IMG/VR virus record: IMGVR_UViG_3300050120_000152
Span: 62,001 to 126,000 of that record
Strand: one strand, 5' to 3'
DNA: 64,000 nucleotides
The notes beneath the pieces were generated by a model. That model did no database searches, was not told the DNA's origin, and worked only from the letters and a program-made list of their open reading frames with translations. Shown one piece after another: positions 19,657 to 28,517 of the stretch. Each line of letters opens with the position of its first letter. The stretch's first letter is position 1. The translations under genes were made by a program, and so were the position numbers.

Positions 19657-20085
19657 ATGGAAAATAATTTTTTGGGAACTTATAACTGTCCCATTTGTAC
19701 AAAATCTTCACCACATTCACATGATTTAATTAATCATTGGATTGGTGTGGATTTTGATAATACTCTTGCCTACGATAGTCCAACTAGACATGATCCATAT
19801 TCTTTGGGTGAACCCATAATAGAGATGGTAAATCGTGTGAAGGACTGGATAGCTAGGGGTTATACGGTAAAGATATTCACCGCTAGAATGTGTGATTTTT
19901 CTTATACCAGTAATCAATCGCGTGATGTAGACAACATGCGTTCTGTGCTTGAAGCATGGTGTTTAAAGCATATTGGTAAAGTAGTAGAATGTACTAATCA
20001 AAAAGATGGTGCTATGGAAGTATTATGGGATGATCGTGCTGTCAGGGTAGCATACAATATGGGTAAACCTGAACATACATCTTAA
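19657..20085 (+). CDS. HAD-like phosphatase
   Basis: GVDFDNTLA, IFTAR, LWDDRAV. Confidence 0.75.
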   Translation: MENNFLGTYNCPICTKSSPHSHDLINHWIGVDFDNTLAYDSPTRHDPYSLGEPIIEMVNRVKDWIARGYTVKIFTARMCDFSYTSNQSRDVDNMRSVLEAWCLKHIGKVVECTNQKDGAMEVLWDDRAVRVAYNMGKPEHTS

Positions 20086-20090
20086 TAACA

Positions 20091-20126
20091 AAATGAAACG
20101 GGGAGCAATTGCTCCCCGTTTCATTT
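20091..20126. terminator. Bidirectional intrinsic terminator between convergent genes
   Basis: aaatgaaacggggagc-aatt-gctccccgtttcattt. Confidence 0.85.
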
Positions 20127-20127
20127 A

Positions 20128-20892
20128 TTAAATACCAGCCTCTTCGCATGCACAAATAAAAGATTTTACGAACCCACTACGTACAATATCATTTCTAGTG
20201 AATGATATGATATCTAATTCATCCATCAGATTAGCTACCTGCATAAATTTATCAAATCCACTGGGAGTTTTTTTATCATATAGAAGATCATTTTGACGAC
20301 GGTCACCAATCACAAAGATTTTACTATTTTTACCCACTCGTGTCATAACAGAAGTTATTTCCTCAATATTCATATTTTGTACTTCATCTACAATGATGAT
20401 AGCATTATCCCAAGTTAAACCTCTGATGAAGGTGGTTGGCATGAACTCAATTTTTCTAACAGCTTTCATGTCATCATATGAAGAAGCCTTGCCTAATAAA
20501 TCATGTAGAATATCTTTATAAGGTGCTTCAAACGGTGCCATCTTATCCTCTAACTCACCCGGCAATGCTCCCACATCTTTACCAGTACCCACATTCGATC
20601 TAACGATTATAATTTTATTTTGATTGTATTCTTTAGAAAGGATAGCATTTAAGGCAAGCCATAATGCAATATAGGTTTTTCCTGTTCCAGCTGAACCATC
20701 AGCAACAATATGGTTACCCATATAAAATGATTCTATCATAGTTGCTTGAGGATCATTTAGCGGTTTGATGTTCTTAATGTCTAAAACCGTCCACGATTTC
20801 TTTCTTGCGCCTTGTGTAATGGCAAAAACATTACTTTCGGTGAACTCTGGATTTTCAACTCTGGGTTTTCTGTGTGAAGCTTTTCTAGCCAT
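20128..20892 (-). CDS. phoH: PhoH-family ATPase
   Basis: GSAGTGKT, GALPGE, FIRGLTWDNAIIIVDEVQN, GDRRQND, DIVRS. Confidence 0.93.
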   Translation of the reverse strand: MARKASHRKPRVENPEFTESNVFAITQGARKKSWTVLDIKNIKPLNDPQATMIESFYMGNHIVADGSAGTGKTYIALWLALNAILSKEYNQNKIIIVRSNVGTGKDVGALPGELEDKMAPFEAPYKDILHDLLGKASSYDDMKAVRKIEFMPTTFIRGLTWDNAIIIVDEVQNMNIEEITSVMTRVGKNSKIFVIGDRRQNDLLYDKKTPSGFDKFMQVANLMDELDIISFTRNDIVRSGFVKSFICACEEAGI

Positions 20893-21327
20893 ATAATTTT
20901 CTCCTAAAATTTATAATTGCTATATTAAAAATTGGGTTAGGTATCACATTAAATTATCTTACATAGGCAGACTCCTTCATTGACATTAACCGAGGCTGAA
21001 TGTATAATTTCGTGATTAAAATTACATGTTGGAAAAGAAAATTTTGACAAACTTGAGAATCCTTTCGATTTCAATAATATTTATGAATAACATAGAGTAA
21101 AACTAAAAATGACAAACAAAACCTATATTTACGAAGGTAAAGAACATGTTCTAACTGGCCGTACTGCAACAAAACGATTACGCTCAGATAAGATAAAAAT
21201 ATTACATGAAATTCGGCCTGCCGATTTGGATTCTGATAAAAATGAATTTAACCAATGGATAGAAATGGATGATCTATTCGTAGTCGAAGATTTACCAGAA
21301 TAAATATAAACAGATAACTATTAGGAA

Positions 21328-21843
21328 ATGAATGTGAAATTGGAAACCTTAAGTGAAGCATTAAAAGAAAGCCCAACACGCGGTACATATGTTGCTGTAA
21401 ATTTTTCAAAAGATACTGCCAAGCGAATAAAAGCTTTTATTAAAAAGTATAATATTCCTAACCCATTAGCAACCAACAAATTACATACGACTATCATTTA
21501 TTCAAGAAAATATTTACCCGAGTTTAAGACTCAGGGTAAATTGGATGAGCCGTGGGTAGGTAAGCCATCAAAATTAGAAATTTTTAAAAGTAGAGAAGGT
21601 AATAACTGCTTAGTGGTATTATTTACCTGTAAGGAAGCTGTTGCTCGCCATAAAGAAATAATGAAAGACCATGAAGCTACCTACGGTTTTCCAGAATTTA
21701 AAACACATTTTACATTGTCCTACGATTCTGGGGATTTCGACCCAGACTCTATCAAAAATCTTAAAGATGAACTTGGTGATATTGAAATTGTTGAAGAATA
21801 TACAGAAGATTTGAACTTGGATTGGGCTAAAAAATCCAGTTAA
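21328..21843 (+). CDS. acb1: Anti-CBASS 2H phosphodiesterase (Acb1 / T4 57B-like)
   Basis: GTYVAVNFS, PNP...LHTTIIYSR, HFTLSY and EYTEDLNLDWA follow the T4 57B layout with two HxT motifs. Confidence 0.85.
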   Translation: MNVKLETLSEALKESPTRGTYVAVNFSKDTAKRIKAFIKKYNIPNPLATNKLHTTIIYSRKYLPEFKTQGKLDEPWVGKPSKLEIFKSREGNNCLVVLFTCKEAVARHKEIMKDHEATYGFPEFKTHFTLSYDSGDFDPDSIKNLKDELGDIEIVEEYTEDLNLDWAKKSS

Positions 21844-21909
21844 AGTAGGTTTGTGCGACACACTTTTTTTAGTACCATAAATAATTTTACAAATTATATG
21901 GAATAAAAA

Positions 21910-23094
21910 ATGTTTAAAACCAATGAATTAGAAATTATAAATGTAATTTACAATATTAAAAATAATGAGTCATCATACAAAAACAAAATAGCCCAGATTC
22001 AAAAAGTTATTTCTGACTATATCAATTCAAACCGATTAATCGTTAAAGTAGATTTTTTGGATAGGTACATAGAAGTTACTTATGGAATAACTTTAAAGCG
22101 TAGACAATCTACATTAGATTATCAAAATAATCCAGAATATAGAAAACTTGTATTAGAATCATCCTTCGATTCGGTGGCAGGCTTAGACGAAAACGATTGT
22201 TTTAATAAATTAGAAAACGATCAGTTTCCCCTTTATATCTGTATTGAAACTATGTTTACTTATACTATCGATTCCTTTAGTGATCAGAAAAATGGTCACA
22301 TTTTAGATCAAATATTAAACAATAATAGATATGAAACACGATTTGGTTTTGAGTTATTTGATAACGATAACTATAAACCTATAATTAGAAAGATTAACAT
22401 CAACGATTATTTAACATCGGATGATTTAATTAAACTTGATAATATAATTTCTGTTGTGGGCGTAGCCACTAAAGTATGTAATGATCTAATAGATAATCAT
22501 CTAATAGAACCTAAAAAATATGATGAAGATACAACTGCTAAAAAATATGATGAAGATACAACTGCTAAAAAATATGATGAAGATACAACGGCTATATTAG
22601 GCGAGGAACTTTACGATAGTACCTATGATACCAAAAAAGTTGTTCATACGGTGAATGAAATCAAATATTATGTCAGACAAGTTACCGGGTACGGTAATGA
22701 AGATATATTCATGAATTCATTAGATTTGAAGACCTATGAAGATGTTGATAAATTACAATGTATCAAGCAATTTTTGAGATTGGTGCATCTGATCATGTCA
22801 AAAATGGAATATAATTATGATTATTTGGGCAATATTAAAGACTTGCCGATTGGTGAGTTACATGCTGATGGACATTTCTGCCAAAATAGTAGATTGATAA
22901 AGATCATTGGCCGAGTGATAAAATCTACTATCATCTCCACGCGCGATCTAGAATATATTATCACATTGTATTCTGACAAATCATATGTTGTAGGGTTGGC
23001 TATTAAGCATACTGATGAAGTTAAGAAAGAACCTGAGATGATGACACTCAACAGAAGTGAAAACACTTTGAAAGAATATAGTCAGTTCGCCTAA
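21910..23094 (+). CDS. Hypothetical protein with an internal 9-aa tandem repeat
   Basis: Long ORF; KKYDEDTTA x3. Confidence 0.7.
   Translation: MFKTNELEIINVIYNIKNNESSYKNKIAQIQKVISDYINSNRLIVKVDFLDRYIEVTYGITLKRRQSTLDYQNNPEYRKLVLESSFDSVAGLDENDCFNKLENDQFPLYICIETMFTYTIDSFSDQKNGHILDQILNNNRYETRFGFELFDNDNYKPIIRKININDYLTSDDLIKLDNIISVVGVATKVCNDLIDNHLIEPKKYDEDTTAKKYDEDTTAKKYDEDTTAILGEELYDSTYDTKKVVHTVNEIKYYVRQVTGYGNEDIFMNSLDLKTYEDVDKLQCIKQFLRLVHLIMSKMEYNYDYLGNIKDLPIGELHADGHFCQNSRLIKIIGRVIKSTIISTRDLEYIITLYSDKSYVVGLAIKHTDEVKKEPEMMTLNRSENTLKEYSQFA
22511..22593 (+). repeat. 27-bp tandem repeat x3
   Basis: ctaaaaaatatgatgaagatacaactg repeated head to tail. Confidence 0.95.
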
Positions 23095-23125
23095 CCTATT
23101 GCATTACATTTAGATTCCGTGTAGA

Positions 23126-25027
23126 ATGACCATTCATTTCTACACGGAATTTTTTATGTCTGACATTGATGCCATCGTTGCCCAACTTGAAGTGTACGAT
23201 ATCGCCTATGATGATGGTGATTCACTCGTACCTGATGCACAATACGATGCTATGAAACGTGATGCATTCAAGCGATTCCCAACTCACCCATATTTTATGA
23301 CCGTAGGCGCTACCGTTCGTGGTGGTAAGGTTAAGCTTCCTTATACCATGGGGTCACTTGACCAAAAATACGAGGGTGAAATCGAAGATTGGGTTAAAAA
23401 GTATAGTCTGTATAATGAAGAAATTTGTATTAGTCATAAACTTGATGGTGCAAGTGGCATGGAACGTTATAATGGTGGAACATTTCAGATATCTTATAGT
23501 CGTGGTAATGGTGTGCTTGGTGCAGATAGTAGCCGCCATGTAAAGAATTTGCCAAGTAATCCCCAAACAATTTCTAAATTAGGTCATCTAACTGTTCGCG
23601 GTGAATTAATTGTTCGCAATGATACGTTCGAAAATCGTTATGCGGATGATTATAAGACCGCTCGTGCTATGGCATCTGGTTGCATGAATGCATCTAATAC
23701 GTCACAGAATAAATTGAACGATATTGATTTTATTATGTATAGTGTTGTTGACTGTGATCCAGAATTCGAAACGGTTTCACAATCAGCCTCTTTGGATATG
23801 CTTGAATTATTAGGATTTAAAGTTGTTCCTTATATTATTGTTAGGGGATCGGAATTGAATGATGATTTCCTTACTAAAACGTTGGCTAAAGCACGCGCAG
23901 ATTCGCCATATGAATTAGATGGTATCGTGTTGACTATCAACAAAAAGTCTGCACAAAAGAATTTATCGAATTCTTCCAGTTTGAATCCTGAACATTCTGT
24001 AAAATATAAAGTTTTGGATGCTGCTGCATTGATTGAAACGACAGTAGTTAAAGTCCATTATGAAATTAGTAAGAATGGATATCAGAAGCCTCGCGTGGAG
24101 ATTAACCCTGTTCAGCTATTCGGCACAACGGTAACGTTCGCCACGGGCTTTAATGGCCGTTACATTGTGGATAATAACATTGGATCGGGAACCAAAATCA
24201 AAATTACCAAAAGTGGATCAGTTATTCCATATATTGTAGAAATTGTTAAATCTACCGTCGCCGATGTTCCGTCTGGCGATTGGGATTGGAATGATAACAA
24301 GGTAGAAATGGTAGTTCGTGATCCACAGAATCATCCTGAAGTCATTTTTAAACAAGTATTGGACTTCTTTAATACACTGGAAGTTGATCTACTAAAGGAA
24401 GCATCTATCGAAAAGGTTATTAGCTATCTGAAGCTTAATAATTCTTCCTATGAAACCATTCTGTTCACTATGCTTAATTTGCTAGAAATGGAATGGGAGA
24501 AGATCATTGGCTCTAATGGTGCAAAAATCTTTGCCAGCTTGGAACGTCGATTGTCGTCCTTGACTCTTGCTAAATATTTGGGATCACTTAAATATTTTGG
24601 TACGGGGTTTGGAGTTCGCAAGGCTAAACTATTGTTGAAAAATCTTACGGATGAAAATGATGTATGGAAATTATCTGTCAATAGGATTGTGGATTTTGAA
24701 GGTTTCGATGTAAAGACTGCAACAAAGTTTATTGATGGCTTATATGATGCTAAGGCATTTGCTGACAAAATGAATTTGAAGTTTGTGCAGGAAAAGAAAA
24801 CTAATGAATTAGAACATTTGAATGTTGTATTCACTGGTTTTCGTGATAAAGAATTTCAAGAAAAACTTGAGAAATCAGGTGCCAAAGTTGGATCATCAGT
24901 GTCTAAAAAGACAACTCATGTGCTAACAGCAGAACCAAATTCTAGTTCAGGTAAGGCTGTCAAGGCTCGTGAGTTAGGTATTGATACTCTTTCGCTAGAT
25001 GAATTTAAAGAAAAATTTAATTTATGA
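23126..25027 (+). CDS. ligA: NAD+-dependent DNA ligase (likely start 23156)
   Basis: DAQYD, KLDG, SRGNG, RGE, DGIV, KSGSVIP, C-terminal BRCT (VFTG...SVSKKT). Confidence 0.93.
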   Translation: MTIHFYTEFFMSDIDAIVAQLEVYDIAYDDGDSLVPDAQYDAMKRDAFKRFPTHPYFMTVGATVRGGKVKLPYTMGSLDQKYEGEIEDWVKKYSLYNEEICISHKLDGASGMERYNGGTFQISYSRGNGVLGADSSRHVKNLPSNPQTISKLGHLTVRGELIVRNDTFENRYADDYKTARAMASGCMNASNTSQNKLNDIDFIMYSVVDCDPEFETVSQSASLDMLELLGFKVVPYIIVRGSELNDDFLTKTLAKARADSPYELDGIVLTINKKSAQKNLSNSSSLNPEHSVKYKVLDAAALIETTVVKVHYEISKNGYQKPRVEINPVQLFGTTVTFATGFNGRYIVDNNIGSGTKIKITKSGSVIPYIVEIVKSTVADVPSGDWDWNDNKVEMVVRDPQNHPEVIFKQVLDFFNTLEVDLLKEASIEKVISYLKLNNSSYETILFTMLNLLEMEWEKIIGSNGAKIFASLERRLSSLTLAKYLGSLKYFGTGFGVRKAKLLLKNLTDENDVWKLSVNRIVDFEGFDVKTATKFIDGLYDAKAFADKMNLKFVQEKKTNELEHLNVVFTGFRDKEFQEKLEKSGAKVGSSVSKKTTHVLTAEPNSSSGKAVKARELGIDTLSLDEFKEKFNL

Positions 25028-25476
25028 TATATCCGACACTATCAAAATCTAAAATGCCAATTATTGAAAATCCAAAATATGCATGGATGTATGGATTAAA
25101 GCCGGAAGGGTTTTGGTATAGTAAAGAAGAGCCACATTATCCTCAAGCTGAACATAGTGATGTGGAGCATTCATTAAAGCAGCAAATTTTAAATGCTTAT
25201 GATAATTTATTGAACGAAGATAGATTTAACCCGCATCGCAATGAATCATGGGATACTAATGAACATGTTATAACATATAGAGGATCATCTTGGTGCCGAT
25301 GCTGTACAAAAGAACAACAGTTTAATCAAGAGACTAGAAAAATTCTTATATCCATGGGTTCTCGGCAATACGTATTAAATGGCTGGGAATGGCCCGAAGG
25401 ATATCGACATTATATTGATGTACATAATATTGTTCCATCTAAAGAGTGGCTTGAAAATGTGCTAAATATATATTAA
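25024..25476 (+). CDS. Hypothetical protein
   Basis: YRGSSWCRCC...WPEGYRHYIDVHNIVP motif; coupled to ligA. Confidence 0.65.
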   Translation: MIYPTLSKSKMPIIENPKYAWMYGLKPEGFWYSKEEPHYPQAEHSDVEHSLKQQILNAYDNLLNEDRFNPHRNESWDTNEHVITYRGSSWCRCCTKEQQFNQETRKILISMGSRQYVLNGWEWPEGYRHYIDVHNIVPSKEWLENVLNIY

Positions 25477-25480
25477 AGAG

Positions 25481-26245
25481 ATGGAAATGAACTATAACGC
25501 TATATTCATCAGTGATGTACATTTAGGAAGAATTGAAAGCCAGCATATAAAATTATTAGCTTTTCTCAAATCTCTTGAGACTGACGATGGGCATGGTTAT
25601 AGAGTGAAAACATTATATCTCAATGGTGATATTGTTGATGTTACAAATTTTCAAAAGAAACCATTCTTTTCTGATCATTTAACAGTCATAAAGAAAATAC
25701 TTAGAATGAAAGACAAGGGTGTCAGAGTCGTGTATATCCTTGGAAATCATGAAGCGCCTTTGAAATCTTATATTTTTGAAAACGATGATATTGAATATAA
25801 TGGTATTGAATTCAAAAAACATGCGATTCATGATGCAATCAATGGCAAAAAATATTTGATTATTCACGGTGATCAATTTGATGGCATTGTAAGAACACAT
25901 CCAGTAATTTACAAACTTGGTGATTTTGCTTATAATTTAATGAATAGCCTTAATCGAATTCAAAATAGAATTCGTAGATTATTTGGTAAAGTGGAATGGT
26001 CTTTTGCTCATTGGATAAAAATGAAAGCTAAAGGTGCTGTAAAATTTGTTGCTAATTTTGAGCATATTATCGTCGATTATTCTAAGAAATATAATGTCGA
26101 TGGAGTAATGGCAGGTCATATTCATATGCCAGAAAATAGAATGATTGATGGAGTTCATTATTTAAATAGCGGATGTTGGGTAGAATTGTGTTCTGCCATA
26201 TTAGAAGATGAACATGGAAATATATCGGTACAACGATTTGATTAA
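25481..26245 (+). CDS. Calcineurin-like metallophosphoesterase, PlcP/LpxH-like
   Basis: SDVHLG, GDIVD, GNHE, HGDQFD, GHIH, NSGCWVE; WSFAHWIKMKAKGAV insert typical of PlcP. Confidence 0.85.
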   Translation: MEMNYNAIFISDVHLGRIESQHIKLLAFLKSLETDDGHGYRVKTLYLNGDIVDVTNFQKKPFFSDHLTVIKKILRMKDKGVRVVYILGNHEAPLKSYIFENDDIEYNGIEFKKHAIHDAINGKKYLIIHGDQFDGIVRTHPVIYKLGDFAYNLMNSLNRIQNRIRRLFGKVEWSFAHWIKMKAKGAVKFVANFEHIIVDYSKKYNVDGVMAGHIHMPENRMIDGVHYLNSGCWVELCSAILEDEHGNISVQRFD

Positions 26246-26254
26246 GAGATTATT

Positions 26255-26446
26255 ATGAACCAATTTAATGCCTATTTAGGCCAACCTTTTGAAGTATTGG
26301 AAGCAGCTTGTCATAAGGCTGGAAAAACTATTAGAATTACCGTACTCAATGGTCAAGCACAAAGAGTAACCCAAGAAATTAATGTGAATCGTTTGAACGT
26401 CAGTGTAGACCATAACATTGTAGTTCATGTGGGGAATTTCGGATGA
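26255..26446 (+). CDS. Peptidase inhibitor I78-like small protein
   Basis: VTQEINVNRLNVSVD...G pattern. Confidence 0.55.
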   Translation: MNQFNAYLGQPFEVLEAACHKAGKTIRITVLNGQAQRVTQEINVNRLNVSVDHNIVVHVGNFG

Positions 26447-26883
26447 TACATTATTGCGTAGGATTCGCATTCTATTATGATAATAATAGTGTAGCTCTTA
26501 TAAAAAAGAATAGACCGGCATGGCAAGCTGGTAAAATGAATGGTATTGGCGGTAAACTTGAATTAGATGAAACACCTGTAGAAGCCATGATTCGTGAGTT
26601 TAGAGAAGAAACCGGCCATGAAATTACTGATTGGAAAGATTTATGTACATTGCACGGTAATGATTTTGTAGTTAGCGTATTTGTATCATATGACAATGAT
26701 CATCCTGAATTATTAAAGACCATGACAGATGAAATGATAGATATTGTTGATATTTATGTAGTTAATGATAATTGTTGTGAATCATGGTTTATTAGCAATC
26801 TACCATGGTTAGTCAATTTAGCTCTCGATCCTGATTTCAAAATGGGTAGAATTGATCCGCCCATTATTAATTATAATAAATAA
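26443..26883 (+). CDS. NUDIX hydrolase
   Basis: GIGGKLELDETPVEAMIREFREETG. Confidence 0.9.
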   Translation: MIHYCVGFAFYYDNNSVALIKKNRPAWQAGKMNGIGGKLELDETPVEAMIREFREETGHEITDWKDLCTLHGNDFVVSVFVSYDNDHPELLKTMTDEMIDIVDIYVVNDNCCESWFISNLPWLVNLALDPDFKMGRIDPPIINYNK

Positions 26884-27299
26884 GAGTATCTAATGATATT
26901 AAACATATTTTGTATTTTATATATTACTACAGTAATATTTGTGTTTATTAAAAATATTATTGCTCACAATGAATATTGTAAAGATGAAGAATTTCAACGC
27001 GAACTAGATAAAACTAGAGCGTTGTTGCCTGCAAAAAGTGGTAATACAATTATATCTTTACTCATCGCAGTGTTTCTCGTATTGTGTAGTATTGCGTGGC
27101 CTCTTGTCATTATATGGAATTGGAATAGCCCGGATGATGATAATGCATGATGAAGATGATGATTTTGTAGAAATCATTTCTGATGCTCTTGAAGGAGTAG
27201 AAGAATTATTTAAAAAAGAAAATAACCATATATTATTTGTTTTAGGTATAATTGTTGTTGTTATTGTAATGTTATTATTTTTTATATTGGTATAATATT

Positions 27300-27584
27300 A
27301 TGTTCGATTTGCCAGAAATTTTGCCGGAATTGTTACCGTGTCCATTCTGCGGTCATCATGCAATGTCACATGAAAAAGTTCATGGTGAATATTGGGGTCA
27401 ATGGGATTGGGAATTGCGTTGCTCATCATCACATTGTTGTGCTAGAATTCGTATTGTAGCTGATACATGGGAAGAGCCACGAACTGTGTTGCAGCCTGAT
27501 GGAAGTTATTTACCAACAAAGATTACACGTTTAACAAATCTTTATAAAATGTGGAATCGAAGAGTGGTTGACAAGTCTAATTAA
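27300..27584 (+). CDS. Lar-like Zn-ribbon protein
   Basis: LLPCPFCG...C...C...WNRR. Confidence 0.6.
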   Translation: MFDLPEILPELLPCPFCGHHAMSHEKVHGEYWGQWDWELRCSSSHCCARIRIVADTWEEPRTVLQPDGSYLPTKITRLTNLYKMWNRRVVDKSN

Positions 27585-27599
27585 TGTGTTATAGTAGTT

Positions 27600-27715
27600 T
27601 TGTGATATGGGTCAAAGTTGAAAGGGATCGTTTAGGTAATCCCTGAAGCCTACTCAGTAAGGGTTAATAACCAAGGTTTCCTAGCCGCTTTGGTGATACA
27701 ACTGAGATATCACAA
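27600..27715 (+). ncRNA. Unassigned structured RNA (multi-way junction with kissing loops)
   Basis: Starts just after TTGACA...TGnTATAGT; terminal helix ttgtgatat/atatcacaa; internal helices agggat/atccct and accaagg/ctttggt with complementary loops. Confidence 0.6.
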
Positions 27716-27743
27716 TAATTAAGTTTATATGAATTATTTTTCA

Positions 27744-27751
27744 TATAAATA
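27744..27751 (+). promoter_or_regulatory. T4-type late promoter TATAAATA (also 3708-3715 minus, 30733, 35494, 40367-40374 minus, 40715, 49576, 55304, 57683)
   Basis: Exact TATAAATA in intergenic DNA just upstream of genes or RNAs. Confidence 0.75.
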
Positions 27752-27757
27752 GAAATA

Positions 27758-28150
27758 TCCAAAGTAATTTGGATTATGATTGTAAAGATATCGTAAGGTA
27801 TCTGAGATTGTGAGTAATAAAGGGCCGCGACACGAGGGTTCGACTCCCTCCATCTCCACCACATATGTTCTTTACTGTTGCAACAGTAACGCTAGACGCC
27901 TATCAACTCCCTTCGAAAGGAGCCATGTGTAGGATGAGACAAGCCCAATGATGGCGCGGAAGAACATAGCTGATGGGGATGCAATGGCTTCGACCGGGGT
28001 TAGAATAGACAAACAGACAATCCGTTTAGAATGGTACGTTATACCTTAAAAAACTATAAATGCTTCTAACGATGCGATTTATTCAATGGAATACAGCTTA
28101 GCTGCTTGAAATTGATGGGGTTTAATCCACCTTATTACCCAACAAGATTA
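27758..28150 (+). ncRNA. ssrA: Circularly permuted (two-piece) tmRNA; outer ends approximate
   Basis: Acceptor piece ends GAGGGTTCGACTCCCTC-CATCTCC-ACCA (27861); coding piece starts GGGGATG (27975) giving G3:U70; tag ORF 28062-28109 encodes ASNDAIYSMEYSLAA*. Confidence 0.92.
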
Positions 28151-28151
28151 C

Positions 28152-28175
28152 AAAAAGGAGCTTCGGCTCCTTTTT
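28152..28175 (+). terminator. Intrinsic terminator of the tmRNA
   Basis: aaaaaggagc-ttcg-gctccttttt. Confidence 0.9.
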
Positions 28176-28255
28176 GTTTTATAGTGCATTGCAAAATATT
28201 CAAATGATTTTCATCCACCATAAATACTTAGACATTTATTTTGGAGGATACTAAA

Positions 28256-28438
28256 ATGTTAACTTTAATCTTTGGAGTTGTATTAGGCGTTGTGTTATGT
28301 GGATTAGGAATTGTAACCTTACCAAAATTGAAGACTTTATTGGCTGCAATTAAAGCAAAGTTTGCAAAGGCACCAGTAGTCGCTGCTACTGTTACCACTC
28401 CACCAACATTAACACCAGCAACTACCCCCGTACCGTAA
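28256..28438 (+). CDS. Small membrane protein
   Basis: GGAGG RBS, N-terminal TM, Pro/Thr tail; CATAAATA upstream. Confidence 0.6.
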   Translation: MLTLIFGVVLGVVLCGLGIVTLPKLKTLLAAIKAKFAKAPVVAATVTTPPTLTPATTPVP

Positions 28439-28517
28439 CTAATGATAAGCCGCTTGATTTAACTATCAGGCGGCTTTACCATACCAGAGGTATCAGAAAC
28501 CACAACAAGGTATTATA

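Noticed and set aside
22511-22593. Possible CRISPR array
   Set aside because: The repeats are contiguous with no spacers and lie in frame within a CDS; no cas genes in the window
27664-27864. 66-aa minus-strand ORF (MWWRWRESNP...)
   Set aside because: Typical antisense shadow of a tRNA-like T-arm and acceptor end; it overlaps the tmRNA
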